Part shown: piece by piece, positions 53,165 to 62,030 of the stretch | Position numbering within the stretch: the stretch's first letter is position 1 | Layout: each line of letters starts with the position of its first letter | Origin: an uncultured cyanobacterium | GTDB lineage: Bacteria; Cyanobacteriota; Cyanobacteriia; Cyanobacteriales; Nostocaceae | NCBI GenBank assembly: GCA_963740315.1 | Contig: CAVUDP010000003.1 | Location: forward strand, 128,001-192,000 | DNA: 64,000 nucleotides | Direction of reading: 5' to 3' | Made by a program: the position numbers and the translations under genes | Notes under the pieces: model-generated | What the model was told of the DNA's origin: nothing | Database searches by the model: none | Seen by the model: only the letters and a program-made list of their open reading frames with translations

Positions 53165-54346
53165 ATGCTCTACAGAAGATTTGGACGTACCGAATTACAA
53201 ATGCCCGTTTTCTCCTGCGGTGGAATGCGATATCAGTATAAATGGCAAGATGTCCCCCAGAGGATGATTCCCCGCAAAAACCAGGAAAATCTGGAAGCAA
53301 CAATTAAGAAATCTTTAGAAATCGGTATCAATCATATTGAAACCGCTCGCGGCTACGGTACTTCCGAGGTACAGTTAGGAAAAATCTTACCGAAATTTCC
53401 TCGCGATAAATTAATAATACAAACTAAAATAAACCCAAAGGCAGATGCAAAACAATTTGAAAAAACTCTAGAAGAATCTTTTGATAAGCTGCGTTTAGAT
53501 TATATTGATTTATTAGGAATTCACGGTATTAACAATGCCGAAACTTTAGAAAATACAATTCGTCCCGGTGGTTGTTTAGATATTGTCAGAAAATATCAAG
53601 CCCAAGGGAAAATTAAATTTATCGGCTTTTCTACTCACGGACCAACTGATATTATTGTCGAAGCAATTAATACCGATAAATTCGATTATGTCAACCTGCA
53701 TTGGTATTATATTAATCAAAATAATTGGGCTGCAATAGAAGCCGCTACCCGTCACGATATGGGAGTGTTTATAATTAGCCCTTCCGATAAAGGCGGTAGA
53801 CTTTACGATCCACCAGAGAAGTTAGTTAAACTTTGCGCTCCTTTATCGCCGATGGTATTTAATGACTTATTTTGTCTGAGCCATCCCCAAGTACATACTT
53901 TATCATTGGGTGCGGCGAAACCAAGCGATTTTGACGAACATCTTAAAACCTTAGATTTATTAGATAAAGCTTCAGAAATATTACCGCCAATTTTAACAAA
54001 ACTAGAACAAGAAGCGATCGCCACTTTAGGAGAAGACTGGGCGAAAACTTGGCACATCGGCTTACCAAAGCAGGAAGAAACGCCAGGAAACGTAAATATT
54101 CCAATGGTTTTGTGGTTGCGAAACTTAGCCGTTGCTTACGACATGGAAGAATACGCTAAAATGCGCTACAACCTTTTAGGAAGCGGTGGAGATTGGTTTC
54201 CCGGCAATCAAGCCAATCAAATCGATAAATTAGACTTGCGATCGTGTCTGCAAAATAGTCCCCACGCCGATAAAATTCCTGAAATACTTCTAGAAGTAGA
54301 TAGGATGTTAGGTGGTGAAAAAGTGAAACGTTTATCAAAAAGTTGA
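53165..54346 (+). CDS. Aldo/keto reductase family protein
   Basis: YRRFGRT, INHIETARGYG.SE, QTK, LDYIDL..IHG, IGFSTHG. Confidence 0.9.
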   Translation: MLYRRFGRTELQMPVFSCGGMRYQYKWQDVPQRMIPRKNQENLEATIKKSLEIGINHIETARGYGTSEVQLGKILPKFPRDKLIIQTKINPKADAKQFEKTLEESFDKLRLDYIDLLGIHGINNAETLENTIRPGGCLDIVRKYQAQGKIKFIGFSTHGPTDIIVEAINTDKFDYVNLHWYYINQNNWAAIEAATRHDMGVFIISPSDKGGRLYDPPEKLVKLCAPLSPMVFNDLFCLSHPQVHTLSLGAAKPSDFDEHLKTLDLLDKASEILPPILTKLEQEAIATLGEDWAKTWHIGLPKQEETPGNVNIPMVLWLRNLAVAYDMEEYAKMRYNLLGSGGDWFPGNQANQIDKLDLRSCLQNSPHADKIPEILLEVDRMLGGEKVKRLSKS

Positions 54347-54359
54347 TATTTTTAGGGTG

Positions 54360-54415
54360 GTTTGTAGTAAGGACTTTAGTCCTCTAATATTAGCGATAAA
54401 TCGGTTACTACAAAC
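54360..54415. repeat. REP doublet (GTTTGTAGTAA family)
   Basis: Between convergent genes; same architecture as other copies. Confidence 0.8.
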
Positions 54416-54420
54416 CAAAA

Positions 54421-55128
54421 CTAAAACAACCTTCCATAACAAGCTATACATTTGTTATCTGAATTCGCTTGATTATTTAACCAAGCCCACATTTGATCGC
54501 CAAATGAAAAATGCCACCATTCTCTAGGGTTGCGTGTAAACCCAGCCTTTTCCATCACATCTTTTAATAGCAAACGGTTAGCATGATAGCGCGGTGCAAA
54601 TTCAACTTGAATATCGGCGTAGTAATCGGGAAGCGATCGCTCGGAAAGTTCATCAATTGGGGAACCCATATTTACTATTTGTCCCATTTCATCAACCAAA
54701 GTTACATCCACCGCACCACCAGTAGAATGAGGAGGAGGTGTTTTTTCATCCAAACTTGGTTCAGCCCAAATTTTGTAAACTTCCTCCCAAATACTCTGCT
54801 TTTGTACTTCCGATAAACTTGATTCAATTAATCCCTTTTCCCCTACAGCTTCAGAAAAAGTGTAGCTAACCATGAAGTTTTGTACCGCTACAGGGCGATA
54901 AGCATCAAAAATTTGAATCCGCCAATCGGGGCGCAATTGTTGTAAATATGTTTGAGCCTTTATCAAATAATTAACAACACTTTCACGGAGAAAATAAGGA
55001 GAATGTTCACCATAAGGTGCGCCTAATTTTTCATAAGGGTGAGGAGATTCCACCGCAAAATCTTTCAGAGGAATTTCTATTACAGCTTCGCCACATTCAA
55101 CAATTTCGATATTATGATAAGGTCGCAT
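54421..55128 (-). CDS. D-alanyl-D-alanine dipeptidase (M15D, VanX/DdpX-like)
   Basis: FDAYRP, PPHSTGGAVD, EWWHFS. Confidence 0.9.
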   Translation of the reverse strand: MRPYHNIEIVECGEAVIEIPLKDFAVESPHPYEKLGAPYGEHSPYFLRESVVNYLIKAQTYLQQLRPDWRIQIFDAYRPVAVQNFMVSYTFSEAVGEKGLIESSLSEVQKQSIWEEVYKIWAEPSLDEKTPPPHSTGGAVDVTLVDEMGQIVNMGSPIDELSERSLPDYYADIQVEFAPRYHANRLLLKDVMEKAGFTRNPREWWHFSFGDQMWAWLNNQANSDNKCIACYGRLF

Positions 55129-55280
55129 TTATGTATTTTAGATTTTGGATTTTGGATTTTGGATTGTAAGTTAAAGGTCAAAGGTTAAAGGTTAAAGGTC
55201 AAAGGTCAAAGGTTAAAATTCCCCCCATCCCCCCATCTCCCCATCTCCCCATCCCCCCATCTCCCCATCTCCCCATCCCC

Positions 55281-55505
55281 TCATCTCCCCTCCTCCTCCG
55301 GAACTGGATCGTAACCACCGGGATGAAATGGATGACAGCGGCAAATACGCCGAATACCCATCCAAGAACCGCGTAACACTCCGAAACGTTCGATCGCTTG
55401 CATGGCGTACATCGAACAAGTGGGTTGAAAGCGGCAACTTGGAGGAAACAGGGGTGAGATAAACATTCGGTAGAAGCGAATAAACCAAATAAATAATAGT
55501 TTCAT
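55281..55505 (-). CDS. yidD: Membrane protein insertion efficiency factor
   Basis: Y...ISP....CRF.PTCS.Y..A...FG...G.....RI.RCHPF..GG.DPVP. Confidence 0.95.
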   Translation of the reverse strand: MKLLFIWFIRFYRMFISPLFPPSCRFQPTCSMYAMQAIERFGVLRGSWMGIRRICRCHPFHPGGYDPVPEEEGR

Positions 55506-55527
55506 ACAGCAGCAAAGATCCTATAAA

Positions 55528-56268
55528 TTGGTAACAAGGGAGAAAATTTCTATATTAATTACATTTAAGTTGAGTTCATTTACTGTAATAGATTCGATTC
55601 CGCCTTTATGGCTGCAAATTGTAGCCGTTGGAATCTGGGTGTCGCTGATTCTTCTGAGTGCGGGAGGAGTCAGCCGTTTTGTTAAAAGTGATTCGGAAAT
55701 CGTCCGCAAGATAGTTCACATAGGAACTGGTAATGTGATTCTACTTGCTTGGTGGCTAGATATTCCTGCAAGTATAGGCATTACAGCTTCGATTTTAGCT
55801 GCCGTATTTACTTTATTGTCCTACCGATTTCCTCTAATTCCCGGTATAAATAGTGTCGGGCGCAAAAGTTTTGGGACTTTTTTCTATGCTGTGAGTATTG
55901 GCGTTTTAGTCGCTTGGTTTTGGTATTTGAAACAACCCTATTACGCTGCATTGGGAATATTAATCATGGCGTGGGGAGATGGTTTCGCAGCGCTTATTGG
56001 TCAGCGTTTTGGTAAGCATAAATACAATGTGTTGGGAGGGCAGAAAAGTTTAGAAGGCTCTCTAACTATGACTGTAGTTAGTTTTATTGTTAGTGCTTTG
56101 ATTTTATTGAGCGTCCAAGGTAATTCTTGGGAAACCTGGCTAATATCAGCAGTTGTAGCTGTAGTTGCTACTGGTTTAGAAGCTATTTCTTTTCTTGGCA
56201 TTGATAATCTAACTGTTCCTTTGGGAAGTGCAGCTTTAGCTTTTGTGTTAAATCAGTTAATTCTTTAA
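55528..56268 (+). CDS. Phytol/polyprenol kinase family (CTP-dependent) membrane protein; start uncertain
   Basis: RKIVHIGTG, GDG.AA.IG.RFG, KSLEGS, DNLTVP. Confidence 0.85.
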   Translation: MVTREKISILITFKLSSFTVIDSIPPLWLQIVAVGIWVSLILLSAGGVSRFVKSDSEIVRKIVHIGTGNVILLAWWLDIPASIGITASILAAVFTLLSYRFPLIPGINSVGRKSFGTFFYAVSIGVLVAWFWYLKQPYYAALGILIMAWGDGFAALIGQRFGKHKYNVLGGQKSLEGSLTMTVVSFIVSALILLSVQGNSWETWLISAVVAVVATGLEAISFLGIDNLTVPLGSAALAFVLNQLIL

Positions 56269-56494
56269 TAAATTTATCTCAACATCTCAATTTATTACAA
56301 TTTATGCAGGATTGCTATACCTGTTTATCTACGAAAAAATCCCGACTTCTTGAAGAAACCGGGTTATTTATATAGCACTTTGCTTAGGATATATGAAAAC
56401 TGAATATCACTGAAATTATTGGTTAGTAATGATGTTCACTGCTGGCTAATAACTGCATTTATCTTTCTTCCCTGCATTCTCTCTTTTGAAAAGT

Positions 56495-56659
56495 CTAATA
56501 CAGGTTGGCGTAAGTAAGGTACCCATATAGTTTAAGAGTTCGACGGACATTATTAAGAAGTCGGGTTTTTAGAATACGTGTCCGTAATATACTTACAATT
56601 TTACAAAAACCCGACTTCTAAAGATTAATGGGTATTTTATTTACGCAGTGCGGTACTAG
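56495..56659. mobile_element. MITE-like element with internal AGAAGTCGGGTTTTT / AAAAACCCGACTTCT palindrome
   Basis: Imperfect ends CTAATAC..GCGTAAGTAA..TACCCAT / ATGGGTA..TTATTTACGC..GTACTAG. Confidence 0.55.
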
Positions 56660-57095
56660 TAATAGGGTTGACTACGAAGATTATTTTTTTTACAGCCTGA
56701 TACAACTCCAACTCATAAAATATCGGATTTTCCTCAATAAAAATACTGATTTGAAATTTTTTAAGTTATTCTAAACACTTATATTACTTAAGCATCTGCA
56801 ATAAATATCACAGCGGCGCACTATATTTTTCAGTAATTAGCAACAAAAAATAACAAAAACTATGTTTATTGAGAATTTTCTCATTATTAATAAAATAATT
56901 TGTTATTAACGTTACGCAATTACGTTGTTTGAGGGTATGTATAAAAAGGTTGTTTTGAAAAAAGAAAAAAGTTATGTATAATCTATTAGGACGTGCCGAT
57001 GCAAATTTGAGAAATTAACAAATAGTTAGAATATTTAACAAAACTTGACTTATTTGCTAACTAAAAAATAATTCCGTAGATTGCGATCGCCATAT

Positions 57096-58844
57096 TCATA
57101 AACTAACTCTTTCTTGCAACTTCACCCGCATTTTCTTTCCAATACCGGGAACTCTTTCTAAATCTTCTAAGGAATCAAAACGTTTTTCTTGACGCGCTTG
57201 AACGATCCGTTTTGCTAATTTCTTCCCAACCCCAGGAAGCGTGACTAATTCTTCTTCGGTAGCTGTATTTAAATTAATTTTAGTAATTACTTTTTCTGTA
57301 AAGGTTGATGGAGCTTTGATTTCCTGACATTCTTTTTCTTGCTGTTTAACCTTCTTTTCAATTCTTAGAGGTATGCCAAATTCAGCATTTTTATAAAGTC
57401 TTTCAAATTCTCTTATATAATGAGCGGCGACTTGAGGATTTTCAATTACTAAAACAGTCTCATCGTTGTTCTTATTTGCGGCTTCCGTCCAATTATGGGA
57501 ACCAGTAATAACTGTCTTGCGATCGATAACGGCGTATTTATGATGTAGTAAATCGCCGCTGGTTAATAAAGGTACGCCAACAGATTTAATAGGATTTCGC
57601 CAAGGTTGGTTATTAAGTTCGTATTTACATTTATTGCTCAAAGCAACACCCATCATATCTAAACCTTCGCTATAAAAACGATAAGCAAAATTTGGCTCTA
57701 ATAAAGTTCTAATTTTCACGTTTTCTGCGTGACGTGTTTCTAAAATATTGCTCAAACGCTGTGCTGAAAATACAAATAATGCTGAATCAATAGAATCAAC
57801 TGCTGAATTTAATGTTTTACCAATCAACCCGTTACTGCTTTCAATCCAAGGTAAGGTTGGAGAAGTGGGAGAAAAGCTTAGCGTAACTTTGCTATTTACT
57901 AAATTAACTTGCTCAAAATCACGATTTGGTTTTTGCAATCCAAATTTACTATCAAATTTACCTCCAACTCCATCACCCCACATGATGTTAAACTCTTTTG
58001 TAAAGATATCGGCTAAGTCAACACTATCGATTTTAATTAAATTATTTACATTACCCAAACTATCGTAATTACTATAATCGCCGTGAATCCCCGATAATGT
58101 AAAGTTTGCGGAAGTTACAATTACAAAGCGGCGATCGATAACCATAAATTTATGATGCATCAAACCGCTACCTTTTGAACCATCGGCGGTATCATCAATT
58201 AAAGGTATTTTGGTATTGCGGATTATTTTTAAAGCATCTCGACGATCGATCTCTTGTTGAGACAGTTTACCGTTTTCGTCAGTATCTGCAAATGTTTTAA
58301 ACTCTTGATATCGTTTCTTTTCTCTTTCTGTTAATTGAGTTAATTCCTGCGGTGTCAGATCGCTCCAAGGACGACTATAGTTATTTTCTAGAATTACTCT
58401 TATTTTTACTCCCGCTTGATGTTTTTTAACCAATTCTTGTGCAACTAAAGGCAAGCGTAATTCTTGTACTGCGACATCTATTGTCGATTCGGCTTGAGAA
58501 ATTGCATCGATAATTATTTGTTCTAAATTATCACCTTTACGCATTTTTTGGCGATAAGGTTCTCGATATTCCGAAGTTTGAGAATGATTAAAATAAACTT
58601 GGATTAATGAGTCTTGCGGTAGCGGTTTTAAAGTATGATTCGATTTTGCTGATTGACAAGCAGTAATAGGTATTAGTAATAAATATAGTAATTTTATCTG
58701 AGTTGTAAACAATCGAGGTGTTTTGATTCTTACGAACAAATTAAGAATGCGATCGCCTTGCAACATTTTCATTAAATAAGGCAGCAAGATGCGATCGCTA
58801 CAGATATTTCTTAAACTCTGAGATACTTTCGATAAAATTTGCAC
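57096..58844 (-). CDS. Phospholipase D-fold nuclease with ComEA-type helix-hairpin-helix (cyanobacterial ComA-like); start uncertain
   Basis: Two HKD motifs (HHKFMVID, HHKYAVID..TGS.N), lipobox-like ITAC, INLNTA...L..LPGVG tail. Confidence 0.88.
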   Translation of the reverse strand: MQILSKVSQSLRNICSDRILLPYLMKMLQGDRILNLFVRIKTPRLFTTQIKLLYLLLIPITACQSAKSNHTLKPLPQDSLIQVYFNHSQTSEYREPYRQKMRKGDNLEQIIIDAISQAESTIDVAVQELRLPLVAQELVKKHQAGVKIRVILENNYSRPWSDLTPQELTQLTEREKKRYQEFKTFADTDENGKLSQQEIDRRDALKIIRNTKIPLIDDTADGSKGSGLMHHKFMVIDRRFVIVTSANFTLSGIHGDYSNYDSLGNVNNLIKIDSVDLADIFTKEFNIMWGDGVGGKFDSKFGLQKPNRDFEQVNLVNSKVTLSFSPTSPTLPWIESSNGLIGKTLNSAVDSIDSALFVFSAQRLSNILETRHAENVKIRTLLEPNFAYRFYSEGLDMMGVALSNKCKYELNNQPWRNPIKSVGVPLLTSGDLLHHKYAVIDRKTVITGSHNWTEAANKNNDETVLVIENPQVAAHYIREFERLYKNAEFGIPLRIEKKVKQQEKECQEIKAPSTFTEKVITKINLNTATEEELVTLPGVGKKLAKRIVQARQEKRFDSLEDLERVPGIGKKMRVKLQERVSL

Positions 58845-58950
58845 GGTAGTCTGCTGAAGCTAAATACTAAGCGAACAAATTTAGTTTTCCCAAATTCGAT
58901 AAAAATAATCAGATTTAAATCCCGTCATTAAAAAAAAGACGTTGCTACAG

Positions 58951-59008
58951 GTTTGTAGTAAGGGCATCGGTTCCCTAAATCCGGAGCGCTGAAGCGCTTA
59001 CTACGAAC
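58951..59008. repeat. REP doublet (GTTTGTAGTAA family)
   Basis: GTTTGTAGTAAG...CTTACTACGAAC. Confidence 0.75.
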
Positions 59009-59083
59009 CTTATTACCCGTCAGAATTAATGAAATCGACCACTAGTAAGATTTTTTATCTTATCGGTAATTATCTTTAGTGAT

Positions 59084-61822
59084 TCATTCAACTTTGACTC
59101 GAAACCGAATAAAACCAAAGTTGGTACCAAGGGTATGATTAATAGTACCGAGATTCCCAATTACCGCACCCGTGGGATTATCTGGATTGGGACAGAAGTT
59201 ATTTGCGGGAAGCTGAGTTCCAGGAGCGAAAAAGCTACCATTATCGCCATCAGCATTATTCGTATTGGCTGTAACTGTATTTGATAAATTTACAGAAATA
59301 CCGCTACTGGAACCAAAACTATCTGAAACAAAAGTAGTTCCGTTGGGTATAGGATCGCAAAACCTGACGTTTTCTACTGGTCGATTACCGTCGGCAAGAA
59401 AATACATGGTGTATTCAACTTCGTCACCTTTTTGCAAGGGTAATTGCGGACTAATATCAAATACTCCTACTGGTGAAAGTTGAAACCAACCCGGTAAATT
59501 ATCGATAGGATCGTTGGGATCATCGATAAAAGAATTAAAGTTAATGCCGCCGATCGCAATCCCGTTTCTAAATACGTTGGTAATTCTTTTTAGCCCCCGC
59601 AAACGTTCTATAGGTTCTGGTTCAATGGGAGGTTCTGGTTCAATAGGAGGTTCTGGTTCAATAGGAGGTTCTGGTTCAATGGGAGGTTCTGGATCTGGGG
59701 GAGTCGTTGAACCTACTATTACTTCCTCCCCAACTGTTGCAGGGTCGTAATTTACGCTTTTTATGTCTTCTGGTGTAAGGCTACTATTATCAAGATAAGT
59801 AGCGGTAGCTGGGTTGTTATATTCGCCGTCGGGAACGTTTTCATCGATATTAGTAGTAAAAGTAATTGCAACGCTACCACCACCAGGAATATTGAAACTA
59901 CCAAAATTGGGGACGGTTTCGCCATCAGCTGGATTGGTAGTATTGACTTGGGTTGAACCTCCGGTTAAAGCGATCGTAGGATTGACGGAAGCATCATAAG
60001 TGAAACCGCTGGGTAAAGTGTCGGATATATTAACGTTAGTTGCCGTAGATAAATTTGCAGCGTTGGCAACTGTAATAGTATAGGTGGCTTTCCCCGGCTT
60101 GATAATTGGACCGGGAGTAGAAGTAGTTTTAGTAATAGTTAATTGTGGTAACAGACATTCCGCACCAGATTTAACGCCATTAATATTAGTGATATTGGAA
60201 GTAGTACCGTTGCTACCAGGAGTTGCACCAAAAGGTTTGGCAGGGTTGTTTGTAAGACCCGATGCACCGCCAACTGCACTAACTGCTGCACCGGAACTAG
60301 TGAAGATAACACCACCACCACCACCACCACCAGGACCGTGAGAATTAGTGGCGACTGCATCCCCACCTTTACCACCGTTAGCAGTTACCGCAAGACCTGT
60401 AAGATTATTATTGAGAGCAGATACAACTACGCTACCACCAGCACCACCACCACCAGCTCCATCCCTGCCGATATTCAAAGCATTCGCGCCGTTTGCACTG
60501 ATAGTACCGCTACCACTAACGCTTCCAGTACGAATAAATGCCATGCCGCCACCCGCAGCACCGCTACTTGCCTCACCATTAGTATCATCCTCTTTAAAAG
60601 GACTTGTAGAACCGTCGTTAGTTGTTCCCGCACCGCCGCCACCTCCTAGTGCTAAGCGATCGCTTGTTGAGGGAAAGCCTGCACCCCCAAAACCACCAAC
60701 ATATAACTCTGAATCATAAGTTCTACCCCCCAAACCACCAGCACCACCGTTACCGCCGCCGCCACCGCCGGAATTTTCACCGTTAGGAAATCTATACTTT
60801 CCGAGTGGATCGCCGTCCGTACCGCCACCACCAGCGTTTCCGGGTGCGCCGCGACCTAATGAACCGTTGGGATATCCTTCCACACCAGTATTTTCTACAG
60901 TATTATTTGTGGAATTAAATATGTATTTTGGCGTACCAGCGGTACCTTCACCTTTAGAACCGTTAGTATCAAAAGTTGATAAACTCCTGTAATCAGTTTC
61001 AAATAAATCTGGTTCAGGAGAACTCTTTTCTCCTTCAAGCTTTCGTCCGCCACCACCACGAAAACCTTTGCCGGTAACATCTACAGTTGCGCCAGCTAAG
61101 TTTAAGTTATCGGCAACATCATAAACTAAAACACCACCAGTCGAACCATTCCAACGACTTGCAGTTAGTCCAGAAGTAATGGTAGCGCTAATATATTGCG
61201 GTACGCGAACTACCTGATAAGTCCTTTGTCCTTGAGTACCGAAAGGAGCATTGCTGTAGGAATTAATTAATCCTCCTCCCGCACCCGCGCCTTGAATTGT
61301 CACCGAACCACCAACGGCTCCCGTAGCAACAACGTATTCATAATTACCAGCCGTAAAGTTAGCGCTATTCAGATTACCGCTAGCACCAGTCGCTGGAGGT
61401 TCTTCATAGAGTTCGGTGTATACTCGGTTTCCATCATTATCTATAGGGACATTATCTTTAACATCTCCACCATTACCATCTCCATAAGCATTAGTATTAC
61501 TCGAATCAATATCCGCTCCCTGCATTTGAATAACCAGCAGTAAGTCACCGGGTTGAATTGGTGTTAATACTCCTGTAGAAGTTCCTACGGGGATGGAAGT
61601 CGCACCAGCATTCACATTTGCCGCACCGGGATAATAAGTATTAATAACGCCATTGATATTATTTCCCACTCCATCTTTACCAGGAGCGGCGCATAGTCGT
61701 GGTGCAACCTGTGCCCTAACTTGGGAAAAATTCGCTTCACCCAGCAACAGTATTTGATGGCTACAGGTGGTAAGTAATAAGACGAAACTACGAATTAATT
61801 TAGATTTAAACGATGATGTCAT
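59084..61822 (-). CDS. Secreted Gly-rich DUF11-domain surface protein with (PEPPIE)n linker
   Basis: Signal-like N-terminus from ATG 61822, GGGGG tracts, L.ITK...YTITV.N...ATNV.ISD.LP.GF.Y DUF11 motif. Confidence 0.82.
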   Translation of the reverse strand: MTSSFKSKLIRSFVLLLTTCSHQILLLGEANFSQVRAQVAPRLCAAPGKDGVGNNINGVINTYYPGAANVNAGATSIPVGTSTGVLTPIQPGDLLLVIQMQGADIDSSNTNAYGDGNGGDVKDNVPIDNDGNRVYTELYEEPPATGASGNLNSANFTAGNYEYVVATGAVGGSVTIQGAGAGGGLINSYSNAPFGTQGQRTYQVVRVPQYISATITSGLTASRWNGSTGGVLVYDVADNLNLAGATVDVTGKGFRGGGGRKLEGEKSSPEPDLFETDYRSLSTFDTNGSKGEGTAGTPKYIFNSTNNTVENTGVEGYPNGSLGRGAPGNAGGGGTDGDPLGKYRFPNGENSGGGGGGNGGAGGLGGRTYDSELYVGGFGGAGFPSTSDRLALGGGGGAGTTNDGSTSPFKEDDTNGEASSGAAGGGMAFIRTGSVSGSGTISANGANALNIGRDGAGGGGAGGSVVVSALNNNLTGLAVTANGGKGGDAVATNSHGPGGGGGGGVIFTSSGAAVSAVGGASGLTNNPAKPFGATPGSNGTTSNITNINGVKSGAECLLPQLTITKTTSTPGPIIKPGKATYTITVANAANLSTATNVNISDTLPSGFTYDASVNPTIALTGGSTQVNTTNPADGETVPNFGSFNIPGGGSVAITFTTNIDENVPDGEYNNPATATYLDNSSLTPEDIKSVNYDPATVGEEVIVGSTTPPDPEPPIEPEPPIEPEPPIEPEPPIEPEPIERLRGLKRITNVFRNGIAIGGINFNSFIDDPNDPIDNLPGWFQLSPVGVFDISPQLPLQKGDEVEYTMYFLADGNRPVENVRFCDPIPNGTTFVSDSFGSSSGISVNLSNTVTANTNNADGDNGSFFAPGTQLPANNFCPNPDNPTGAVIGNLGTINHTLGTNFGFIRFRVKVE

Positions 61823-62030
61823 GATTAGAGAGGGGGAAGAGGGGGAAGAGGGGGAGAGGGGGTAGAGGGGGAAGAGGGGGGAGAGGGGGTAGAGGGGGAG
61901 ATGGGGAGATGGGGAGTACTTCGACAAGCTCAGTAACCTTTGGGGAGATGGGGAGACAAGGAGATTAATAACTCAACTTCTAACTCTTAACTCCTCACTC
62001 TTAACTCCTAATATGCAGACCTTTAACCTC

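Noticed and set aside
61823..61927. Pro/Ser-rich N-terminal extension of the DUF11 ORF (likewise long N-termini of sir, pncB, rpiA, RelE and the O-antigen ligase)
   Set aside because: Translated intergenic repeats or promoter DNA; downstream ATGs fit the families better
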